Assembly (NCBI GenBank): GCA_013239625.1 | Contig: MU053472.1 | Location: 2,341,922-2,390,023 of the forward strand | DNA length: 48,102 nt | From: Lama guanicoe | Lineage: Eukaryota | Reading direction: 5' to 3' | Part shown: positions 36,715 through 48,102 of the stretch, one piece after another | Layout of the letters: each line of letters begins with the position of its first letter | Position numbering within the stretch: position 1 is the first letter of the stretch | Position numbers and translations under genes: made by a program | The notes under the pieces: generated by a model | Told to the model about the DNA's origin: nothing | What the model saw: only the letters and a program-made list of their open reading frames with translations | Database searches by the model: none

Positions 36715-37252
36715 AAAAATTCACATTATATAACATCACCTCCAATAAATATCATCAAAAAAGTCTTGAAGTATCAGAAAACTAAGCTCACAATGGTATA
36801 TACAATTTTTTAAAATTCTAATTTTTCACTTGAAAGCTCAAGTTTTATCAAGCTCACTTTATTTTCAAGAATTACCATAGTTAGTCTGTTAGTTATTGTT
36901 TCAAGTAAAAACAATGTTCTGTGAAAAAGGGGGCTAGTTCAGCTCACAATCCAAACTAGTCTACAAGTGCTTTTCCTCAAGACAACCGATTTACCACTGA
37001 ATGTGCAAGTGTTTTATGAAAAGTACTCATTTCATCACATAGAATGTTAAAAATCTCAAGGGTGAAGATTTAATAAAATTAGTAATTTCATTCCTTTATC
37101 AAGGACATTCTTAAGTGAAACTGGCTTTTCTTACCTGTGCATAACAATAGTGAAGAAAATGACTATTAATACAATACACTATCTTCACTGCACTAAAGCA
37201 CCAACAGTTTTACCAGTCTTTGCTTTTGCATCACCAGTGCAAATGTCAAGAC

Positions 37253-37285
<33 letters not shown>

Positions 37286-37665
37286 AACATCACTATGAAA
37301 ATACTTCTGACTTTACAAACTGCCTAAAAAAAATCTCAGGAATCTCCAGAGCTCCCTTGAGAACTGCTGCCCTAAGGACACTGAAAGAACTTTGGGAAGT
37401 GGAGTTCACAAACATTAGAATGTAGAGAAGGAAAAAACTTTCAGATCTCATTCTGGTCCAATTCTCTTACTTTATAAATGAGGAAACCAGGGCACAAAGA
37501 GCATGGGTTTGCCATCTCACACAGTAGCAGTAATGTGATAGCACTTAGATTTCTGAGTTGTGTTCTACTCTGCTTTGATTACACTATTTTTCCTCTTTTT
37601 CAAAAATGGATTTAGCAAATTCCATACTTCCCTTCTTTAAACTAAGCAATGATATAAATACGTAC

Positions 37666-37785
37666 ATTTTGTGGCGAAAAGGAGTTTCTCTCTCCTAACG
37701 GAGAGTTGAGTTTTGCGGTCTTTCCTGAAGCAACTTTTGCATCCGAATGGGGTACCTCCTTTTCAAAACAATGACGTTTTCTAAT
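37666..37785 (-). CDS. BRIP1: BRIP1 coding exon (human exon 6 equivalent)
   Basis: Translates [40 protein letters not shown]. tttacag acceptor and GTACGT donor. Length 120 nt. Confidence 0.95.
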
Positions 37786-38162
37786 CTGTAAACACAGAAC
37801 CAACATGAAGTTGAATGTAAACTAAAAGTTTAATGAGGCTAGTTGTTCTCAAAGATCAAAATAGCTATAATGAGTTTTTCCAGCATTAAAAAAGAAAAAG
37901 ACTATTTCTAACTGGCAACAATCAAAAAATTTCTAAAAATACAAATAAAATAGACTTAAATAAAACAGAATGACTTAAATAAAATAGAATGTAGTAGTAT
38001 CTCTCAAATTCCAACTAAAATAGCTTTAATTAGTGATATGTCAAAACTAAAGTATTGTAAAATGATCTTTCAGTAAAACACCATATGGACACCAAGTATA
38101 GTATTATAGCATACTTCACAAATCTAATTGGAAAATAAAAGGAAGTAAAAATGGAAATCTCT

Positions 38163-38415
38163 ACCAGGGGGAAGGGGGTGGGAAGGGACAAATTGGGAGT
38201 TCAAGATTTGCCAATACTAACTACTATATGTAAAATAGATTAAAAACAAATTTCTTTTGTATAGCATAGGAAACTATATTCAACATCTTATAGTAACCTA
38301 TAATGAAAAAGAATATGAAAACAAATATATGTAGGTGTATGTATGACTGAAATATTATACCGTACATGAGAAATTGATAACACACTGTAACTGACTGTAC
38401 TTCAGTAAAAAAAAG
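38163..38415 (+). mobile_element. L1 3' end (artiodactyl-type, older than the 3871 and 36406 copies)
   Basis: G-rich tract followed by tgtatagcataggaaactatattcaa...tataatgaaaaagaatatg...actgtacttcagtaaaaaaaa. Confidence 0.82.
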
Positions 38416-39568
38416 AAAACCTCTCCTAAATTGAAAAAAAGAATAAAAAATTTAAATGTAAAAATTCATTATTTCCTACATAATAAAATCAATTACTTCA
38501 TTACTATTATTATTATTACTTACTAGATACTTGATAATCCAAATTGTATTTGACTAAATTTTTTTATAAATACCATTGTTTTCTTTCCAAACTGTCTATG
38601 CTTTTTCTACTTGCCAAAAACCTACTTATTTAAATTATAAAGGGGAAAAAAAGTATTTCCACTGATAATTCCATTCCTACCAAAAAAAAAAAAGAGAGAG
38701 AACCAACGAAGTCAAGGAATAAATGCTATATATTGAGTCCAACTTCACAACACCGAAATCTATGTACACATCTTCGGGGGGTAAAAAATCTCACACTTCA
38801 TTGGTAGTTGGTGCTTTTCCAAATATAACCTGGCAAATTGATTCATTCTATTTCTAAAAACAAGTGTAATTACAGAAGATAATAAATGGAACAGATAAAC
38901 TACATAAAAATGCAACACTTTTTGAGTATATTCAAATAAAAATATACAATTCTCTACAAATGACATGCTAATTAATAATAATCTTTTTTATTTGTAACTA
39001 AGTCTGTTAAAGTCCTAGTCTCCCTATCTCAGTGCAATGAACTCTTAAGAGTAAATATTGCATTCACCTATGAAAAGTACATTTCATTTAAAATTTCTAG
39101 TAATGTAGGTCAATAATTTTTAGAAATAAACATATTTTATAATATATTGATATCAAAAACTCAATAAATAAGAGTAAACCTTGTCACTATATTAAAACTA
39201 TCAATACCCAAAACATCTGTGACCTAAATATTCATATCAGAGGAATTTTGGCCAAAAGAAAATACCATTATTAGCTGAAAACAGAGGAATTACGAAGTAC
39301 TAAGGAGCTCTACATGCCTTAAGTAAATATTTTACTGTCAAATTTTCTTTATATACAAAAAAGCATCATGCAGTTTCACTGTAACACGCTACTATGAATA
39401 ATCTACTATAATAACAAACTCCTTTGCAATTAGTAACTATATAAAATGAAATTATAATAATTTATAATTTAATTTACATCTGTGACACTATCCAACTTAT
39501 CTCTACAAATGCCACTGAAAACTCAATTGATACTTGAAGACCTCGTTCAGCTATAACTCACAGGGTTA

Positions 39569-39721
<153 letters not shown>

Positions 39722-39810
39722 TTATATAAGAAGCCATTGAAAAATTAGTATAAGTAACTTACATTTAGGCAATTTTTCTAGAAAAAAATTGGAATCAAGA
39801 TGTAAGACTT

Positions 39811-39887
39811 TAATCCATAAAAATACTGAATCACTATGCTATATACCCAAAACTAATATTGTAAATCAACTATATTTCAATTTTAAA
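39811..39887 (+). mobile_element. Very short L1 3' terminus about 90 nt from the exon 5 acceptor
   Basis: Reads actgaatcactatgctatatacccaaaactaatattgtaaatcaactatatttcaatt. Imperfect TSD aagatgtaagactt / aagatgttcagactt. Confidence 0.65.
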
Positions 39888-41436
39888 AAGATGTTCAGAC
39901 TTATTTCGAAAAACCTAGTAACATACTTTAAAACATGAAATGGTAAACATCTTTTAAAAGCGCTTATTTACCACTCAGTTTACTTTAACAAAGACACAGC
40001 AAAATTTTTGAGAAATGTACTTTCAATAGGGAAGTCCAATTTTGATTTTTAATAGGTTTATGCTTTTACAGACCACTCCTGATAACACGGTTTAAAAAAT
40101 ATAACTATAAAATTCTCTCAAAAATTTTTCATCTCTATAAAAATCTTTATTTACAGTGTCTCAATGTTCCTTTTCTACTGTTTCTCAATGTTCTTTAGGC
40201 TTAAAAATAGAGTAGAATCAAGCTCCTATAATCTGCTTTTTAATCCCACAATTCTGAAAGCTCAATCTCAAGGTTACCAGTGACCTCAATCACCAAATAT
40301 TATCCCCATTGCATGAATATAAACACTAGGTTTTAAAGAAGTAACATGCTCACATCATACAGCTACTAAAAGGCAGAGCCTGGATCTGACTGACTCCTGC
40401 TGTCTGACTCCAAAATCCGTACACATAACCTCTAGGCATACAGCCAAACACAACACTGTCTTCTTGGAACATAAGAAACACATTTCCTTTTGCCTTAATG
40501 TCTTAACACTGTTCTTTACCATTCCTATACATTAAGTTTCTCCCTTTCCCTAAATGTGAGTGTTCTTCAAAGTGCCTTCCTTACTCTTGGCTCTTCTCTA
40601 CAGTCCCTCCACTCCTAGGGCTTGAATTCATTTAACAAGCATTCATTATACTGAGTCCATATAATTCCAGACACCATGGAAAAACAATGAAGACAGTTCC
40701 TGGCCTTAAAGGATTCACAGACTATTAGGAGAGAAAGTCCTATAAGCAGGTCCAAAATCATTTCCAAAAAACAAGTTTGAACCTCCACAAACACAGAAGT
40801 GATCTATGTCACACAGCACTGATTTTTCAAGCTTCTTCTGAAGAGGACTGCATTTTTTAAAGAAATATTGTTTAAAATCTCTAAAATAGGATGAAAGACC
40901 TAGAACTTCCCTGATCTACTGTCCCCTTCTCTCTATAAGCTATGTTACTTCCTAAGACTCTTAGGAACATAGTTTGAAAACCACTATATTCTAAAATCTT
41001 ACTAGTTCTGCCTTTCATACCTAGGTCTTTAATCTACCTGGAGTGAATGTTTGTGTATGGAGCAAAGCAGGGCTCCAATTTTAATTTTTTCCATATGGAT
41101 ATTGAAAATAGCACAGTACCACCCATAGAAAAGTCCCTCCAGTGCCTTCTGCTCTGTAGGAGCACTTCTTGTAAAAAAAAAAAAAATCAAGTCTTTGTAT
41201 ATATGTGAAACAGAATTTTCCACTGTGCTAATACCAAATGATTTTAATTATTATAGCTATTTTAATAAATCAGGATATTGCACAGTCAAGTCCTTTCACC
41301 TTGACCTGCTTCTTGCAACTGTTTTGGCTACTGTTAGTACTTTGCATTTCCATATATATTTTAGAAAAAATATGTAATTTTGAGATCTATAATTTTCTGG
41401 TAAACTAGTAAAATAACTATAAAACAAATCTAGGTA

Positions 41437-41675
41437 AGTGGTTCTCAACTGGGGGTGATTTTAACAACATTACCCTCTACTCCAGGGACACTGGATAACG
41501 TCTGAAGACATTTTTGGTTGTCAGAAGATGGGGGGTGGGGAAGGATGTACTACTGGCACCTAGTGGGTTATGGCCTGGGAGATGCTTGTAGACACCCCAC
41601 AATGCACAGGACAGCCTCCACAACAAAGAATCATCTCATTCAAAATGTTAATAGGACCACTGCTGAGAAGCCCTG
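41437..41675. mobile_element. MER20 hAT DNA transposon relic
   Basis: Reads agtggttctcaactgggggtgatttt...gacatttttggttgtca...actggcacctagtggg...caatgcacaggacagcc...gctgagaagccctg. Confidence 0.85.
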
Positions 41676-41899
41676 CGCCAAATAATTCAAGGGGCAAGTA
41701 TGCGCTCATTAAAGGGTAGGGACTATCCATCAAAAACAATAATTTAGTTTTAGAAAAACTGAACTGCCATGTGCCAAATAAGATTAACCTCAATTCATTA
41801 AAAAATATATATATTATCTACATATACAAAAAGGCTTATCTTCCTGTCCATTATAAGCAGGGAAGTTTGCAGGAAGTTTACCAAAGGGGTTAAATCTTT

Positions 41900-42830
41900 A
41901 AAATACAAAGGTATAAGGAAACAAGAAATATCCAGAATATATTTTTTAAAAGATCCTAGAAATCAGTAAGAAACAACCCAAAAGGAAAATGGGCAAATGA
42001 GTTGAACAGGCAGTTCACTAAAAGGGATATTCAAATGACCAATAAGCATATAAAAAGATGCTCAACCTCACTGGTCACCAGAGAAGTATCAATTAAAATA
42101 TCACACATGCATCAGAATGGCTAAAATTTAAAGAGTAGAAATATCAAGTGCTAACAAGAATGTTGAACAATGTAACTTCCATATACTTCTAGCTGTAGGG
42201 TGGAGGGGTGGTGCAAAAAATGGTTCAGCCATTTTGGAAAATGTTAGCAGTATCTACTATTTATTGCTGAACATATGCATGTACTGTGACCAGCAATTCC
42301 ATTCCTTGGTATTACATCTAATAGAAAATCTTTACTTACTTGTAGCAGAATGAACAAGAATGTAAAAGAATGTTCATAATAGCATTAGTAACCAAAAGCA
42401 GAAACCACCCAAAAGTCTAACAACTGTAGAATAAACTAATAACGTACAGAATATTCATAGAAGGAAGTAATGCACAGCAACAAGAACTACTACTATATGC
42501 AACAGCACAAATGAATCTCAGAAATACAGCATTAAGTGGAAGCAGACATACACAAGAGTACAGATATAATTCCATTTCTATAAATAGAAGCAAAACTCAT
42601 CAATGGGGACAGAAGGGAGGACAGCAATTACCTGTGGAGAGAAAGAACAGTGACTGGAAAAAAGCATGAGAAGCATCACTGGGGTGTTGGTTATACCCTA
42701 TTTTTCACCTAGGAGGTCGTTACAAAAGTGTGTTTACTTTGTGAAAATTCATCAAGCTATACACATAAGATTTGTGCATTTTTCTGTATTTAGGTTATAT
42801 CTTTTTAAGGAAATTACTTAAAAATATAAA
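41900..42830 (+). mobile_element. L1ME-type ORF2 end and 3' UTR relic
   Basis: Contains aaaatgggcaaatgagttgaacaggcagttcac, gaccagcaattccattccttgg and tttactttgtgaaaattcatcaagct. Confidence 0.78.
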
Positions 42831-42929
42831 GAGAATGTCAGGATACAACCCAGATTTACCCAATCTGATCCTTGAAGAGACTATTCTAAACAACTGTAAC
42901 TCACAGTAATGTTAAAGTTCAAGTTGTGT

Positions 42930-44030
42930 ACCTATTGACAACTGATTTTTTTGTAAAGGCACAAAGGTAATGAAGTGGATAAAGGAGAGCCTTTTCAATA
43001 AATGGTGCTGAACAATTAGATACCTACAAGCAAAATAACTGAACTTGGATCCACACCTTGCACCACACACAAAAATTAACTCAAAATGGACCTTAGACCT
43101 GAAAGTAAAACCTAAAACTGTATTTGATTAAAAGAAGAAACTTGTTTTCTTGTTTCAAATTACATAAAGCACTCTCAAAACTTAACAATAAAAAAAAAAT
43201 GAGCAGGCAAAAGGTTTGAACACACATTTCATCAAAGAAGATACACAAATGGCTAATAAGTACATGCAAAGATGATCAATATCATAAGTCATTAGGGAAA
43301 TACAAACTAAAATCACAGTATCACTACAAGCTGATTAGAATGGCTAAAAAGATTGACCATACCAGGTGTTGGCAAGAATGTAGAGAAATGGGAACTCTGA
43401 ATACACTGCTGGTGGGACTATAAAATGGTATAACCACTTTGGGAAGCAGTTTGGAAGTTTCTCAAAAAGTTAAATGCAAGTGATTTAGTTATTTACCCAG
43501 AAAAGTCAAAGTATATATCCATAACAATAACTTATTCATACACAAATTTTCAGAGTAGCTTTATTTTTAACAGTCCAAAACTAGAAACAACTCAGATATA
43601 CTTCCACAAGTGACTAGAAACACAATTTGTAGCATATCCATACAATAGAACATTATTCAGCAACAAAAAAGGACAAACTGCTGATACATGCAAAAACATG
43701 GATGAATTTCAAAAGAATTATGTTAAGTGAAAGAAGCTAGACAAAATAAGCACACAAACTGTATTATTCCATTTATATAAACTCTAGAAGATACAAACTA
43801 ATCTGTGGTGACAGGAGATCCGTGGTTGTTTGGGGAGGGTGAACTGTAGAGGGGTGGAAAGGAGGGATAGCAAAGGGGCAGGAGGAAACTTTTTGAAGGT
43901 GATGGATATATTCACTATCTTGATGTCAGTGAAAGTTTCAGGGAGATACACCTTTGTCAAAACTTATCAAAATGTACCATTTAAACATACACCATTTGTT
44001 AGGTAAATTTCAATAAAGCTGTTTTTAAAA
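42930..44030 (+). mobile_element. L1MB/ME ORF2 end and 3' UTR relic
   Basis: Contains ccttttcaataaatggtgctg, aaaattaactcaaaatgga, acatggatgaatttcaaaagaattatgttaagtgaaagaagc and terminal caataaagctgtttttaaaa. Confidence 0.82.
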
Positions 44031-44089
44031 TAATACAGATTGTACATAAATATTATAAACCAGTGTTCTTATAATTAGCTCCAAGTCAG

Positions 44090-44520
44090 TTCCATTCATT
44101 CACACAAGAAATATTTACCTAGCTCCTACTATATGCTAGGCACTCACCAGGTATACAGTGGTGAGCAAGCTGGCACAGTCCCTGACCTCATGGAGTATAC
44201 AGTCTGCTAAGAGAAGCAGAGAGTAATAAAAGATGCACACAGACACATGGATAATACAAACTGTGACAAGTGCTAGGAAGGAGAGGTACACAGTGAGATG
44301 ACAGACTACAACAGAGAAACGAAATCTAGTCTGACGGAAAGGATGGTATGGCTCCCTTAAAGAATTGATATTTAAGCTGAGAGCTAAAAGAAGAGCAGGA
44401 TAACAAGACAAAGAAGGAACTTTTCTCTAAAGAGACACTAATGCAAGCAAAGGGTCTGGAGGCAGGAGAAAGCATGACCCTTTGAAGGAACGGAAAGAAA
44501 GCCAAAAGAGTAAAGGGTCA
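44090..44520 (-). mobile_element. L2 3' relic
   Basis: Contains cattcattcac...ctcctactatatgctaggcact...cagtccctgacctcatggag. Confidence 0.72.
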
Positions 44521-45314
44521 AAACAGCGTAGTCAACACCACTGGCCGCCTCTCCGGCATCTATTCCACCTCCACTTCCTCATTCCTAACAGAATCACACT
44601 TTAGCTCAAGCAGCAAGCATCCTCCTCTCGTCATGTGCTTTGGAGGAAGATGACTCCATCCTTGATTGTAGGAAGTAGACACTGTCTAGACTCAAGTCAA
44701 TCATGGCGGCCTCTTTTCTCCCTGCCAGTGATTAGCTAAGTAATGGCATAAGTGAAAGCAGGAAATGGAGTTATTACATGCTCTAAGCAAGAGACGGTAG
44801 TTTGGACTAGGGAAGCATCAGTGGAGACAGAGTTTGCTAAAATTTGCAAGGAGGAATAAGGAAAAGTGTACAGGATGTCTCGTAGGTTTCTGGCTTAGCA
44901 AATAAAGGTCAATCCTTTCCATATAGTCAAAGCAGAAGAAGTATTTTTTAAATTAATAATGTTATGTTATTCTTAATATATTTCTCTTACATAAATCTAA
45001 TAAGAACTACTTAAAGATCATACTTGAAACATACCTGATCTCATGTAGGATACTGGTCTCAGAAGTTCAGGCAAACATCAAGAATGAATGAGGCTAATTA
45101 GATTTTGTCTTACAACACAAATCAAAATATTTTATAAAATTCTAACATATAATTAACAGTACTGCCTACAAATGACATCAATTGCTGACTATCATTCATT
45201 TTGCCTTGACTTCTTCAAAAATGATTTAAGCTGGCAAGATGTCTGAATCAATTAAAAGTTAAGCCAAGAATAAAGATTTCTGACCATTCTGTGTGTTATT
45301 TAAAATAATTCCAG

Positions 45315-45465
45315 GGGGGAGGGTATAGCTCAAGTGGTAGAGTGCATGCTTAGCATACGCGAGGTCCTGGGTTCAATCCCCAGTACCTCCTCCAAAATTA
45401 AATAAGCCTAATTACCTCCTCCTGCCAAAAAAATTAATAAATCAAATTAAATTAAAAAAAATAAT
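45315..45465 (+). mobile_element. tRNA-Ala-derived SINE (vic-1-like)
   Basis: Intact A and B boxes and aataagcctaattacctcc tail. TSD aataatt(c/t)cag at 45304-45314 and 45466-45476. Confidence 0.9.
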
Positions 45466-45599
45466 AATAATTTCAGAGAAATGAGGTGGAAATACATAAT
45501 CAATTATTCTAACCAAGTTTATCTAAATTAGGTATTATAACAGCGATAAATAAAAATCTTATTACAGATACCAACAGACTCAGGCAAAATATAAACTAC

Positions 45600-45773
45600 C
45601 TTGACACACTGACGAAGTGCCACTTCTTTCAGAAGGTGGTGTACTTGGACTGCTGAAATGATATGAAGCTCCTTGGTTCATGTCATTGTTTGTAAAATTC
45701 TTCGAATGGCAAGTGCAGCAACAAGATAATGGTACTTCAGTTTTTTCACTCAAGCTTTCATCCACTGGCTTCC
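45600..45773 (-). CDS. BRIP1: BRIP1 coding exon (human exon 4 equivalent)
   Basis: Translates (G)[57 protein letters not shown](D). tttttag acceptor and GTAGTT donor. Length 174 nt, phase consistent with both neighbours. Confidence 0.96.
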
Positions 45774-45835
45774 CTAAAAATGAAAGAACCGCATTATAAT
45801 ATTTCTAATTTTAAAAATGTTAATCTTCCTCTGCA

Positions 45836-45950
45836 GGGTGGGTGCACAACCACCCCAATTCGCCCAGGACTGGGAGGTTTCCCAGGATGCAAGATTTTCA
45901 GTGCTAAAACCGGGGAAGTGCCTGGCAAATCTCGACAAGGTGGACACCCT
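45836..45950. mobile_element. MER94-like hAT-Blackjack MITE
   Basis: Termini agggtg...caccct. Internal ttcccaggatgcaagattttcagtgctaaaaccggg. Confidence 0.75.
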
Positions 45951-47273
45951 TTCTGCAGCATCATGTCAGGACAGGAGAGAAACACTTATGCCAGAAACAT
46001 TTATAGAGAAATTATCAACAATTTACATAATTTACAAAAATCTAATAATAGTCAAAGATTAATAATGTAATAAAGGCACAACCACTAAAGCATTCATTTA
46101 TATTGAGATTTATTAAAAAGTCAAGCATAGAGGATTAAAAAAAGACCTAAAGTATATTCTTAATTACTGCTATTTCCCTAAATGAAGAATTTGAAAGTTC
46201 AATATATTAAATAATAATGTAAACACACAAGGGTTAAATCATTCCCACATTATACTTCTATTTCAAAAAGAAACATATTTGATGATATTTCTGATAATGT
46301 ATCAAAATACATTTTAAGGGCAATATTCAAATGAAATTTAAAAAGTAGTTTTAATACTTAAACATAATACAGAATTGTAATAGGTCTACATTGTGTACCT
46401 ACACTGTATAAATATATACTTCATAGATACAAAAAACTGAATAATTAATTTTCTTTTCTATAAACAGTACAGACATTATTGTCCCATCTGTACTATATAA
46501 ATACTACTAATTTTATTTTTCAGTCTCCCATTAAAATTTTAAGTTATTAACAGATAATTTGATTTTTTCCCAAAGATAGAAATATTTATTTTTATTTTTA
46601 ATAGTCTTATCAGTAGCACAAACATCTTCTTTCAAAAAAACACATATATATGTATGTATTTATATACATATACATGCACATACCCATGGTTAACTTTAAA
46701 TTCTCCTAATACTTTAGGTCAAAGCTATCTAATTATGTAACTAAAATGTATCCAATATTTATATTTCAGATACATTATGTATATTAGGTAGTCTTTCACA
46801 AAAGTAAACGTTACTGAACATTCGTTAGCAAATAAAGTAATGGGAAATCATATAAATTCATAAAAACAATACTACAAAAAAACTGCTTATCTGGCATCCA
46901 AACAAGTAGAAAGATCAAATAGAATGTTCTCTTTTTGATGTTATTTCATGTTCTAATGTTATGAAGGGACAGATAAACAACTATATTAAAGAGTTTACTC
47001 AAAAAAGCAATTATTTGTATATGCTATCTACTCTTGATAGCTCCATCTCTTGCTTCTTTTACATACATATCATCACTTAATTATTTTCATAACTATCATT
47101 ATGAAAACAAGCATTCCGAGATTCTTATGTACACCCTAAATCATCAAATAAAGGACTACCATGTGTTCAAAATTGTTTTAGGTTTAATTGAACACATTTT
47201 GCTATATTGACACTCTTTTGGAAGAATCATAATTGATTATAAAGAAACATCCTAAAAAACAGTATTCAAATTA

Positions 47274-47480
<207 letters not shown>

Positions 47481-47779
47481 CTATCAACACAAAAATAATA
47501 AAAAGATCAATAAATAATAATTTACTTCCTTAGGGTCTCTCGCCATACAACAACGAGAAGTAGAGTTACATGCACTTTGGGGAACATAGCAATACAATAG
47601 TAGAAAGGAGAACTAGAATTTAGTTAAATCTAGACTTTATGCGTTTATACATCTCCCTAAAATCATGTTAAAGCATATCAAGCACAAAAGAAATGAAAAG
47701 CAATTTGTTCCTTACTTATGCAAGCACCATCATTTCTCTAAAACTAGAATACACTAATACCTTTGATGAAATCTTAATG

Positions 47780-48102
47780 GGGGATACTGTTAGTGGGAGT
47801 GTAAATTGTTACAATTACTTCATACAGAATTAACAACTAGTAAAGTTGAAGATACTCAATGTCAGCAAGTCCAGTCCTTTGTAAATACCCAAAACCTTTC
47901 CCACATGAACACAAGGGAAACATTTATGTAAGACAGCTCATAGCAGCACTGTTAATAATTGCAAAATTATGTAAACAATCTAAATGACTATCAAGAAGAA
48001 AGTGGGTAAATAAAATTCTGGCATATTCGTAAAATGGAATACTAAACAGCAATTCAAATGGATTAACAATCAACCCCATAATGTTAAGCAAAAAAAAAAA
48101 AA
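47780..48102 (+). mobile_element. Old L1 ORF2 3' relic running off the window end
   Basis: Contains tagtgggagtgtaaatt, catagcagcactgtt and aaaatggaatactaaacagcaatt. Confidence 0.65.

Larger units (their letters stand above)
36275..37369 (-). mobile_element. Charlie1-like hAT DNA transposon relic, interrupted by a young L1
   Basis: Contains aaaattctaatttttcacttgaaagctcaagttttatca, caagtgcttttcctcaagacaacc (decayed WLSRGK-type transposase motif on the minus strand), caaggacattcttaagtgaaactggc, and terminal ttgagaactgctg. Confidence 0.8.

Noticed and set aside
45315..45392. tRNA-Ala(AGC)-like genes here and at 18217, 25812 and 34603
   Set aside because: They have mutated stems, A-rich tails and (in three cases) TSDs, so they are SINEs and not tRNA genes.
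45729..46070. Overlapping ORFs of 63-113 aa near exon 4
   Set aside because: They are chance frames across a GC-richer MER94-like MITE and the antisense of exon 4.

Overview
This window is AT-rich mammalian DNA. It is most likely camelid (alpaca or camel lineage), judging by four tRNA-Ala-derived SINEs of the vic-1 type. It holds eight internal coding exons of BRIP1/FANCJ, the Fe-S DEAH helicase, on the minus strand. They match human exons 3-10 as I recall them (112, 174, 128, 120, 291, 222, 200 and 133 nt). All have GT-AG boundaries, keep one continuous reading frame, and encode the Walker A motif, the four Fe-S cysteines and the DEAH box. The rest is intron filled with L1, L2, MIR, MaLR/ERV LTRs, hAT DNA transposon relics and SINEs, plus two assembly gaps. 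I see no evidence of a new multi-gene system. The best leads are: (1) a young 5'-truncated L1 that appears to carry a 3' transduction inside a 16-bp target-site duplication (TSD); (2) a candidate 209-nt poison or alternative terminal exon just upstream of exon 10; (3) an abrupt CpG-rich, YY1-motif-bearing insert at the window start, possibly the 5' end of a retrocopy; (4) a TSD-flanked L1 fragment that ends at an internal A-tract; and (5) two repeat-free intronic segments that may be enhancers. Repeat family names come from recall of consensus sequences, not from a search, and repeat boundaries are approximate.
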